From Promethearchaeota archaeon (GTDB lineage: Archaea > Asgardarchaeota > Hermodarchaeia > Hermodarchaeales > Hermodarchaeaceae), in assembly GCA_048938385.1 (NCBI GenBank), contig JBHLMG010000010.1, forward strand, positions 1 to 64,000: a stretch of DNA of 64,000 bases, read 5' to 3'. The notes under the pieces were generated by a model. The model searched no databases, was not told where the DNA came from, and saw only the letters and a list, made by a program, of their open reading frames with translations. Positions 9,086 to 17,562 of this stretch are shown in pieces (positions within the stretch are counted from its first letter, which is position 1; each line of letters starts with the position of its first letter). A program made the translations under genes and the position numbers.

Positions 9086-11119
9086 GTGTTCCATACTAAA
9101 TTCCGGGATGCCATAATTAACGAGCTCTCAGGGTCCATTATGAAAGACTACATTGCAGAAATTACTCGGTTCCATCGCATCCAAGCTTCACCCGGATTCC
9201 ATGAAGCCATCTATTATGTGAAGCAGGTCCTGGACCAGTTCCCAGGGATTACTACTCAAATCGAAGCATACCCTGCAGATGGCAAAACCAAAACTTGGTT
9301 ATGGACTGCCCCCCTGGCTTGGCGAGTTGCCGATGGAGAACTTCGTCTGGTCCGACCCAAAGAAGAGCTCCTAGCTCGGTTCTCCGAAACCCCCGTTAGC
9401 ATCGTTGCCCATAGCCAATCCACTGATGTTATTGCGCCCCTCGTCTATGTTGAAGAGGGAGTTCGTCCCAAAGATTATCGGCGAGTTGATGTCAAAGGTA
9501 AGATCGTTCTGACAACAGGCCCAGCCCGTGATGTGCATCGTGAAGCCGTCTTTAATCAAGGCGCCTTGGGCTGTGTACATTTTCCTCCGTTGGAGCGGCG
9601 TTCTCGTCACCCGCGACTCGTCTCATACCAAGGAATCTGGCCTAAGGCCGAAGAAAAAGACAAAGCCGGATTCGCCTTTTCGGTTTCAGGCCATGTCGGC
9701 ACTCGCTTACGCCGGATGATAGAAACCGAATCAGAAGTCTTGATCCATGCCAAAGTTGATGCAGAGTTGTATGAAGGTGAGCAACGGATACTCACAGCCG
9801 TTATAGAGGGACAGGAATTTCCTACACAGGAAGTCGCCCTCATTGCCCATCTCTGTCATCCACGACCCAGTGCAAACGACAACGCTAGCGGTTCAGCACT
9901 GCTCATGGAAATCGCTCGAACCGTTGCAACCCTCATTGAAACTGGCAAGCTTCCCCTACCATTACGCACCATCCGATTTCTCTGGGTTCCCGAATTCTTC
10001 GGCACTATTGCCTACTTACACACTCATCCACAATTCGCCCACCGAGCATTGAGTGCAATTAATTGTGATATGGTCGGTGAAAATCCCCAACTGTGTGGAG
10101 GTACCCTGAACTTACATCGAACACCAGACTCGTTACCCAGTTACATCAACGATCTCCTTGAACACCACTTAGCTGCTGCAGCAAAGGACTCCCGATTAGT
10201 TTCACCGATGGGAGGAACTCAACCCTTTCATTATCAGCTGAAAGACTTTGACTGGCGAAGTGATCACTTCATATTTGTTGACCCAAGCATTGGCATCCCC
10301 TGCCCGATGCTTAACCACTGGCCCGATGCCTTCTATCATAGTAACCTAGACACCGTGGATAAATGCGACGCGACGCATCTTCAACGGGTGGGTTATGCAG
10401 TGTGTATGACCCTTCTTACCCAAGCCTATGCAGAATCCGACGATGCCATGTTCCTCGCCACGCAGGTCCATGCTCTCGCTCATACACGTATTACCCAAAC
10501 CACACAACGGTACATATATGATGCCATCGAATCAATCGGAGAAACAAGTAAAGGTTCCTTGCTTGCTCGAACGCTCCGGAAAGCCATGGAGAGCATTCGT
10601 CAAATAAGCCGCCGAGAAAGCATGGCCCTGCAGAGTGTAAAAATTCTCAGTCCGCACGATTCTGAATTATACGAATTCATCGATGCCATGGTGGCAGACC
10701 TAGATCAGGAACGCCACGAAGAACTCCGAAAACTCCGCCAGGCCGAGCAACTCCTTTCACGATCTATTGGCTATGCGCCGCTTCAGCGGTTAGTGCTCCT
10801 GAAAAAAGAGCGAGAAGCCAAATCCATCCGCCCTCGGCGAAAGTTTCAAGGTCCACTTAACTTTACAGATCTCCGACAACTAGCTAGCCCTGAAGATGCA
10901 GAGTGGCTACGCATTTCTCAAAAAGACCAAACAGGATTCGTCGAAACCCTCATTGAACTCACTAACTTCATGGATGGACACCGCACCCTCTATGAAATCT
11001 TGACAGCCTTAGAGGCGGAATTTGGCGAGATCGCCAACATTCAGACTATCGACCGATTCGTTAAAATTCTCTCAGCTGCAAACTACATTGAAGTAGAGAA
11101 GATTAAGTCCTCGTATTGA
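9086..11119 (+). CDS. M28-like metallopeptidase with PA domain (DUF4910-like)
   Basis: AHLCHP.PSANDNASG, WVPE..GT, DMVG, SDH and YHSNLDT motifs. C-terminal wHTH-like segment. Confidence 0.85.
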   Translation: MFHTKFRDAIINELSGSIMKDYIAEITRFHRIQASPGFHEAIYYVKQVLDQFPGITTQIEAYPADGKTKTWLWTAPLAWRVADGELRLVRPKEELLARFSETPVSIVAHSQSTDVIAPLVYVEEGVRPKDYRRVDVKGKIVLTTGPARDVHREAVFNQGALGCVHFPPLERRSRHPRLVSYQGIWPKAEEKDKAGFAFSVSGHVGTRLRRMIETESEVLIHAKVDAELYEGEQRILTAVIEGQEFPTQEVALIAHLCHPRPSANDNASGSALLMEIARTVATLIETGKLPLPLRTIRFLWVPEFFGTIAYLHTHPQFAHRALSAINCDMVGENPQLCGGTLNLHRTPDSLPSYINDLLEHHLAAAAKDSRLVSPMGGTQPFHYQLKDFDWRSDHFIFVDPSIGIPCPMLNHWPDAFYHSNLDTVDKCDATHLQRVGYAVCMTLLTQAYAESDDAMFLATQVHALAHTRITQTTQRYIYDAIESIGETSKGSLLARTLRKAMESIRQISRRESMALQSVKILSPHDSELYEFIDAMVADLDQERHEELRKLRQAEQLLSRSIGYAPLQRLVLLKKEREAKSIRPRRKFQGPLNFTDLRQLASPEDAEWLRISQKDQTGFVETLIELTNFMDGHRTLYEILTALEAEFGEIANIQTIDRFVKILSAANYIEVEKIKSSY

Positions 11120-11131
11120 GGAGAATATATT

Positions 11132-11584
11132 ATGAGTCATGATCAAACGCTGCATTTACGAGACCGCCTTGAGACAGTCCTTGAACAGTTCGAAGCCGAT
11201 GTGAATCTGATTAGCGAAAGCACCACTTCCGAACAGGCCGCTCAGGTCCGTGAATCCGCAGATCATCTCGAGGAGGTCCTACTCGAAGTTAAACGCTACT
11301 TCGTTGAGGTTCGGAATAAGCTTGCTGAGGTTTCAGGGATCCCTCCTGCAAAAGAGCTTGCCCAACTTGTTATAGGTGCTTCCACCGAAGCGCTCAGTGC
11401 TATTCGTGAAGTTGAATATAACCTCGAAGAACTTGAAAACAAAGTAAAACGCCAACGCCGGAGCACCATCACTCGAAGAGAAATCTTTTACGCTGAATTA
11501 GGGGCAAAAGAAGCCATCCGCAAATCCCACTACATCCTCAAACGCATCGCCGAAGAAGCCGAACACCTCCCAGACCAAATTTAA
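11132..11584 (+). CDS. Hypothetical alpha-helical/coiled-coil protein
   Basis: GAGGAG RBS, 12 nt after the peptidase, heptad-like helical sequence. Confidence 0.72.
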   Translation: MSHDQTLHLRDRLETVLEQFEADVNLISESTTSEQAAQVRESADHLEEVLLEVKRYFVEVRNKLAEVSGIPPAKELAQLVIGASTEALSAIREVEYNLEELENKVKRQRRSTITRREIFYAELGAKEAIRKSHYILKRIAEEAEHLPDQI

Positions 11585-11614
11585 ACACTCACAAGAACCC
11601 TGGAGGTTTTAAAT

Positions 11615-11887
11615 CTGAAACGATGGTACCTCGTTACCATTATCAGCGTCTGTTTGACCATTCTCATGATTGTGCTAGCCCTGATTATCCCGGGCTTTCC
11701 CCTTTTCCTCTTCATTGCTCTTCCACCTCTCTTTTGCTGGGGCACCCAACAAGAAAGGGAAATGGAAAAACACCATCCTATGTTAGCTAGACCTCGTTTC
11801 TGTAGCCAATGTGGAAAACAGCTTCTCGAACCTTTAGAAAGCTATTGCCCACGCTGTGGAGCACCTACTAGTGAGCCAGAGGACTAA
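11615..11887 (+). CDS. Small membrane protein with C-terminal zinc ribbon
   Basis: Hydrophobic N-terminus and CSQC..CPRC. The frame is open back to CTG 11615, 8 nt after GGAGG; the ORF track starts at TTG 11654. Confidence 0.68.
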   Translation: MKRWYLVTIISVCLTILMIVLALIIPGFPLFLFIALPPLFCWGTQQEREMEKHHPMLARPRFCSQCGKQLLEPLESYCPRCGAPTSEPED

Positions 11888-13335
11888 TTCCCCAACCCGG
11901 TTCCCTCACTTGGTTCTGCTGAGCGATGCCTATGTTTCCGTTGCTTAAATGGTGACCAGATGTATCGGTAGATGCTGAATCCGAGGAGAGGGAGAAATAC
12001 AGAAAATAAAAGCAGGTGTGTGAAATATCGATCAATGAAGAAGACGCCTGTGCTGACTATGATGGCGAAGATAAACCAGACTGTGGACCAATTGTTGATA
12101 GCACCCCAAAGATGGTAGCGCAATCGTCGTTGTGGTGTCGCTATTTGATTCGCAGTTTTATGAGGTATTATTGGGCGATTCAGTGATGTGCCAAATAAAG
12201 CCAAAAAGGGAAGAAGGGCAATAAGGTAGTACTTGTATAATCCTCGAGCAAGGAAAATATGCGACGCCAATGAAAGAAGCAAGGCTATTAGGAGTAGCTG
12301 GTTTGTGTACTCTTTCCCAGATTTTTCAGCAATGAATCCGCCTGTCACCCAAAAAACCGCAAGGAACACAGCCCACGGAATTCCGTAATAGACTGCAGAA
12401 ATAGCGATGAACTTGAAGGGTTCCGGCCAGCCAATCGCTAGTATTGATACGGGAACTGGGTGAGTGACTGGAGGAAGCTCACCAGAGAACCAATAAGCGC
12501 CTATTCCCCCTATGAGGGCTTGAAAATAGGAGAGAGGATACAGCGCAATGTACGGCAACGAGAGGAGGAGAATTATTACACCAATGATAGCAATGGATGT
12601 ATAGAGCCGTTCTAGACTCCGGCGAAATTCCATGAAAACAACTAATGGGAGAAGTAAAGCCGCCGTTTGTTTGGTCATGGTTGCGACCGTGATCCATATA
12701 GCCGCCCACAGCATGTTACCACGGACTAAAAAGTAGAATCCAAGGGTTAAGAAAAATGTATGAATCGGGGTGCTCAGCCACAAGTAGTTCCCCCACCAAA
12801 TCGAGATGGGATTTAGAGCAAATACCAACATCGCAACGACTGGAATGAAACGATTCGCCGTCAAGCGCCGGGCAGTTGCATAAATCACCGCACAGGTCGC
12901 AAGGTCAAAAAAAATGAATGCAAAGCCTACACGGAGAAATTCCAACGACCGACCCAACAGTAGGCTCTCAACAATGAGATTGGGAAACACGACTTCAGAC
13001 GGTACGAAGTAAAAAGCACTTAGAATGTAGACAAACAACGGGGGATAAATGTAAACTTGTCGACCGTAGATCGTGTACAAAGCGTCAGTATATGGTAAAT
13101 GCCCTTGCACAAACTGGCGAACGAAATTCATGTAATAGTAGGTAAAGTCCGAATAGCCTTCTACTACCTGGAAGTCCATACCGAAGAGCGGATGAGAGCC
13201 TAAAATGAGATAATGCCATGCAGCAAAATAGAATACCGCGAGTTTCACGATGATTATGGGTATGAATACTACCCAGAAATACGAATCCGCTATGCGACGA
13301 AGTTTAGTTTTTATCCACAAAACCTCTCCGGACAT
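11884..13335 (-). CDS. GT-C superfamily integral membrane glycosyltransferase (GT87/PIG-M-like)
   Basis: Many TM helices. First loop YSDFTYY..G.LPY..YIYPPLF, then FDLAT, FALNP and TKQ motifs. Confidence 0.75.
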   Translation of the reverse strand: MSGEVLWIKTKLRRIADSYFWVVFIPIIIVKLAVFYFAAWHYLILGSHPLFGMDFQVVEGYSDFTYYYMNFVRQFVQGHLPYTDALYTIYGRQVYIYPPLFVYILSAFYFVPSEVVFPNLIVESLLLGRSLEFLRVGFAFIFFDLATCAVIYATARRLTANRFIPVVAMLVFALNPISIWWGNYLWLSTPIHTFFLTLGFYFLVRGNMLWAAIWITVATMTKQTAALLLPLVVFMEFRRSLERLYTSIAIIGVIILLLSLPYIALYPLSYFQALIGGIGAYWFSGELPPVTHPVPVSILAIGWPEPFKFIAISAVYYGIPWAVFLAVFWVTGGFIAEKSGKEYTNQLLLIALLLSLASHIFLARGLYKYYLIALLPFLALFGTSLNRPIIPHKTANQIATPQRRLRYHLWGAINNWSTVWFIFAIIVSTGVFFIDRYFTHLLLFSVFLPLLGFSIYRYIWSPFKQRKHRHRSAEPSEGTGLGN

Positions 13336-13453
13336 TTCGCCTCACTAAGTCTATGGGTGCTTTCTCCGTAAAAGGCTTTAATGAAGAATGAAGCCATGGA
13401 TTCCTCAAGGTTTTTGAGGTTTCTTCCATCCGTCACCCTTAATAAGCTACGAT

Positions 13454-15565
13454 ATGAAACAATGGGTCGAACCAATGATTCGGGATGTCTACATACTCAA
13501 ACGCAGTGGCGAGGTCATCATTCACAAAGCCTTCAGTAAACGTGGCGTGGATGAAGCCATTTTTAGTGGATTTTACAGCGCTTTAAGCGCCTTTGCTGAG
13601 GAACTCGGACACGGAGGAATTGAAACCATCCAGATGGGTGATGTGAGTTTCTATTACGAACATAGCAAAGACCTCCTTTTCGCCATTGCAGCTGATAAAT
13701 CCCACAACGCCAAAGATGTCCAAATTGTGTTGACCGAAATCAAACGCCAGTTCACCGAAAACTACGCTGATCGCGTTGCAGACTGGGATGGTACTCCTAC
13801 GCCCTTCCAGAAGTTCAACAAAGAAATCGAAGGAATCGTCTCTGTAAAGCATGTTACAGAAGGTGAAACCGGACTCTACATCCTACCCTTCGCCGTAGAT
13901 GGAGCTAAACTGAAAGGGAAGACTCTAGATGACACAGACATCAATGGTGACATCATTTTAGATCCCCGACTTGAACTAGCCGCTGTCCACCTGTTGCTAG
14001 ACGACATTCGACGTAACACCACTGGCTTAAAACCTCTAAACGAAGGGTGCTTCGAATTCCTGACCAAACTCCTCTGGCCTATATGGATTGTATCAAGCCC
14101 AGATAATCGCATTCTCCTCATCGACGGACTCAAACTCCTCCAGCCCCAGGTCGCCCGCGGCTTCGTCCCTCCTGCTAGCCGATACGAAGCCCTACTCAAA
14201 GTCAACGCATCGCCGGAATACCTCGCTGTCATTGAGAAACTCACCGAGGAGGTGCGAACCGCAGCCCGATCCACCCCCTTTGACCTTCATGTCATCCCTG
14301 CCGAACTTACCCAACAACTCCGACACCTTGCTCGAATCACTAACGGCAACGACCAGTTCGGAGTCCAACTACCTAGCCAAATGAATCGTGACCAAGCCAA
14401 CAAGGAAGCCGAACAATTCTTCACCGAGGCTATCGAAACCTACAAAGAATCTAGCAAGCAATGGACCCAGTTTCGTACCTACTTTCAAAAAGATGTACAA
14501 AAATGGAAGGAACGCATCCAAACTGAAATCATCACTCTCAAAGACCACTACGCCACCCGAAAAGCAGACTTAAAACACGAAATTGATCAAGCCTTCGTTC
14601 AAATAGCCAAAGAAGAAGAAGCTGCTATGACAGAAGTTGAAGAGTGGCGACAAGACCAAACTCAACAAATCCTCACTCCGCTGAAAACTAGCCTGTCCCC
14701 TATCGACCAAGAACTCATCGAACAGCAATCGACCTTGAAACGGCACCTCTCCGACAAGAAAAGCAAGATCACAGACCCAGAAACCTTCCTAAACCAGCTT
14801 ACTAAAGCCTTAGACCAATTTGACGACTTTGCTAATGATCTCCGAAATCTAACCAAAGCATCGCGGAAGGAAATTCAACAAACTCGACGCAACCTTCAAG
14901 ATTTGGATCGACAGGTTCAAGAGCGGAAAGCCCAGGTACGACAACGCTTCGCGACCCAAGAAGAACAAGAAGCTCAACAGTTAGACGAATTGGATGAAGA
15001 ACGCCAAGACCGGCTTCAAGAAACCCAAGACCGGCTTAAACAACTCGAAGAATACGCCACAGAAATTGATGACCTCATCCAACAACACATTACCCACAGC
15101 AATACACAACTGACCACCTTCGAACACTACCTCCTCGAAGCAGGAACCCCCCTTCCCACTGATATTAAAACCCCCATTTACATTCCTATTTATCTTGCAG
15201 GACTCAAACAGGAGAACGATACTACCCACCTGTTAGTAATTCCTCCAATCATGGTCCCACCCTCCAAACAGGTCGAAAAAATTCCCATTGGTCAACGCAC
15301 CGTACCAGTTGGTGCCTTATCCTCTGAAATGGTCCAATACCTTAAAACCAGCTTGGAAGCTGCCTTCGCGGACGATCCTAAATTTGCTAAACAGGTGACC
15401 CAACTCTCTCCCCGACACAATCTCCTCTCAGATCCCCATATCGAAAGCCTACTCTACTCTGGATTACACGCCCTTTGGCAAGCCCACCTTATTCCTGAAC
15501 GGGTGCATACTCAAATTAAACTCGCCTGCATCGACATGTACCGCAGCAGCCACACCGCCTGCTAG
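13454..15565 (+). CDS. Longin-domain protein with long coiled coil
   Basis: N-terminal IRDVYILKRSG..DEAIFSGFYSALSAFAEEL..IETIQMG (Asgard longin-like) and a long Q/E/R-rich coiled coil. Alternative start 13475. Confidence 0.8.
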   Translation: MKQWVEPMIRDVYILKRSGEVIIHKAFSKRGVDEAIFSGFYSALSAFAEELGHGGIETIQMGDVSFYYEHSKDLLFAIAADKSHNAKDVQIVLTEIKRQFTENYADRVADWDGTPTPFQKFNKEIEGIVSVKHVTEGETGLYILPFAVDGAKLKGKTLDDTDINGDIILDPRLELAAVHLLLDDIRRNTTGLKPLNEGCFEFLTKLLWPIWIVSSPDNRILLIDGLKLLQPQVARGFVPPASRYEALLKVNASPEYLAVIEKLTEEVRTAARSTPFDLHVIPAELTQQLRHLARITNGNDQFGVQLPSQMNRDQANKEAEQFFTEAIETYKESSKQWTQFRTYFQKDVQKWKERIQTEIITLKDHYATRKADLKHEIDQAFVQIAKEEEAAMTEVEEWRQDQTQQILTPLKTSLSPIDQELIEQQSTLKRHLSDKKSKITDPETFLNQLTKALDQFDDFANDLRNLTKASRKEIQQTRRNLQDLDRQVQERKAQVRQRFATQEEQEAQQLDELDEERQDRLQETQDRLKQLEEYATEIDDLIQQHITHSNTQLTTFEHYLLEAGTPLPTDIKTPIYIPIYLAGLKQENDTTHLLVIPPIMVPPSKQVEKIPIGQRTVPVGALSSEMVQYLKTSLEAAFADDPKFAKQVTQLSPRHNLLSDPHIESLLYSGLHALWQAHLIPERVHTQIKLACIDMYRSSHTAC

Positions 15566-15578
15566 TTTGAATGAAACT

Positions 15579-16478
15579 CTAAAGCTTCGGTAAAATTTCC
15601 TTTTGGATAAGTTCCAAATCCCGTTCAACAGTAGTGGGATTCACTAACCGAAGTGTCAAATGCGTCGCACCCATCTCAGCATAGGCTTTGAGCCGTTCAG
15701 CGCAATCCTCTGAAGAGCCCAGAATAACCCGAGAATCGTCAAGAGATTTACCCCATTTAGGAAGATGCTTCCGAGCATCCACAGCGTTCTTGCCATGCTG
15801 AAACAACATATTCGGAATCACTTCAAAGTCCTCCTGCGATCGATCGTTAAAGGCTAACAAATCCCACAGTTGATTAATCCGTGTTTGCAAGCCCTGTAGG
15901 GTTGGAGCAAAGGGCATCCAACCATTACCGTAGTAGGCCATTAGTTCTAAAATACCCCGTGAACCTCCGCCAAAGAAGAAGGGCGGATGTGGTTGTTGTA
16001 CGGGTTTTGGTTCCAAGGAAACAGCGTTAAGCTGGTAGTAGATTCCTTGAAAGGACACCGTCTTTTCAGTCCATAACCGTTGAATTACATGGACAGCCTC
16101 CTCGATTTGGGCAAGGCGTTCAGGATGCCGATGAAAGGGTACTTCTAGCCACTGAAACTCCTGACGGTACCACCCTGCACCCACGCCCATAAGCAAACGA
16201 CCCGAAGTCAACTGATCCACAGTTGCCGCCATTTTGGCGAGAAGAAAGGGATGCCGTAAGGGTAGAGGGGTTACGCTGGGTCCGATTCGTACCGAGTGTG
16301 TCACCGTTCCTATAGCGGCGATGACCGTCCACGCCTCCTCCACCTTTGATCCTCTTGGAAGACTGAAATGATCATTGACCACCACATGGTCAAATTCGGC
16401 TTTCTCAATGAGTTTCGCAGCGTGGATAGTTTGCGAAGGAGTGAAAAGTTCTAGGGGGAGATGAATACCCAGCTTCAA
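15579..16478 (-). CDS. LLM-class (probably F420-dependent) oxidoreductase
   Basis: NDHF, RHPFLLAKMAATVDQLTSGRLLMGVGAGW and PKPVQQPHPP motifs. Start placed at TTG 16478. Confidence 0.9.
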   Translation of the reverse strand: MKLGIHLPLELFTPSQTIHAAKLIEKAEFDHVVVNDHFSLPRGSKVEEAWTVIAAIGTVTHSVRIGPSVTPLPLRHPFLLAKMAATVDQLTSGRLLMGVGAGWYRQEFQWLEVPFHRHPERLAQIEEAVHVIQRLWTEKTVSFQGIYYQLNAVSLEPKPVQQPHPPFFFGGGSRGILELMAYYGNGWMPFAPTLQGLQTRINQLWDLLAFNDRSQEDFEVIPNMLFQHGKNAVDARKHLPKWGKSLDDSRVILGSSEDCAERLKAYAEMGATHLTLRLVNPTTVERDLELIQKEILPKL

Positions 16479-16516
16479 AGGGATCTCAGCCTGGCAGTGT
16501 ATCAATGGTCCTGGGA

Positions 16517-17203
16517 TTATTCCACGTCTTCTTGCTTTTTAGATTCTTCGAGCCCTGCCGACCGGCGGGCCGCAAGATGTCGCAACAGGCTCACCGTTGT
16601 TCGCAACTTTGAAGCCTCTTTCAAAATCAGCGTCTCCGCGGCTTCCTTGTTAGAAATCATGGTGGCCCGCAACAACACCTTCCGCATCCATGCGAGCTGT
16701 TCGTCATCGAAGGCCGTGTTTGAAATCTCCTTCGTCGCGATGTTCATCGTCATGAACTGCTTTGTGGATTCTGGCAACAACATGTACTCCTCTAAAGTCA
16801 CGGTGTACAACAAAGACCCCACATCCAGGCTATCCGGAAGGACCCGCTCCAAGAACTCCCGAACCCCCATCGTCACGGCTAAGGACCCAATCAGGACTAC
16901 GGTGACTTCACTGATCCCAGCCGTCAACAAAGCCGCGACCAATTCGGCACTTAGGTTTTGGGTTATCGATTGAACGGTGAACCGCACGGGACGCACTTGC
17001 TGGTCTTCCAACTTTGCATCGAACGCGTGATAGCCTAACACCAGCCCGGACCCTGAAAACTCCACCGTAAACCCATGTTCACAAATCTTGCCTGGCACAA
17101 CCCGTCCCGTGATGATGTTGCTTTTCGCCTTTACGAAGGCGTCTTCAGGCACTTCTAATTCACCGGTAGTCCCACACTGAGGACACCGTACCTTTAACTT
17201 CAC
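16517..17203 (-). CDS. Asgard-type zinc-finger protein with possible cDENN-like C-terminal part
   Basis: CPQC..ICEHGF..GY finger, followed by an alpha/beta segment LLTAGISEVTVVLIG..FLERVLP. Confidence 0.65.
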   Translation of the reverse strand: MKLKVRCPQCGTTGELEVPEDAFVKAKSNIITGRVVPGKICEHGFTVEFSGSGLVLGYHAFDAKLEDQQVRPVRFTVQSITQNLSAELVAALLTAGISEVTVVLIGSLAVTMGVREFLERVLPDSLDVGSLLYTVTLEEYMLLPESTKQFMTMNIATKEISNTAFDDEQLAWMRKVLLRATMISNKEAAETLILKEASKLRTTVSLLRHLAARRSAGLEESKKQEDVE

Positions 17204-17412
17204 GGTTAGGTTCCCCGTTATGGCAAGCCAACAAAACTCAAGGGATGAAACTCCCTAAAATACCCTTGCTTTGTTACGACAAATGGGATTTACAGCCAGG
17301 TTCCTGATAGCAACCCCTTTATACGCCTTTACCACAATCAACGCCTATACAATTCATCACTGAGTTCGCCTTTAACTACGGCTACAAGATTTTGTTTAGA
17401 CAAGCGAACAGG

Positions 17413-17428
17413 TAAAGGTATTTAAAGC
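17413..17428 (+). promoter_or_regulatory. BRE/TATA promoter of the giant surface protein
   Basis: taaaggtatttaaagc with TTTAAA at 17421-17426. Implies a start site near 17448. Confidence 0.55.
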
Positions 17429-17448
17429 GTCTTGCATCCAGCACTGTA

Positions 17449-17544
17449 GCGGTTTGACAGAAGAAACGGCGAAAAACACTCCCATTAGAGCGGAAGTGGT
17501 AGTTTCCTCCACTTAGATGGGCTCTGCTGTTCTCAGACCACCGC
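17449..17544 (+). promoter_or_regulatory. Putative structured 5' leader RNA
   Basis: Nested pairings ggtttga/tcagacc, aacggc/gctgtt, cccat/atggg and aagtgg/ccactt. Confidence 0.5.
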
Positions 17545-17562
17545 GGCTCCGGGGTTAACATC

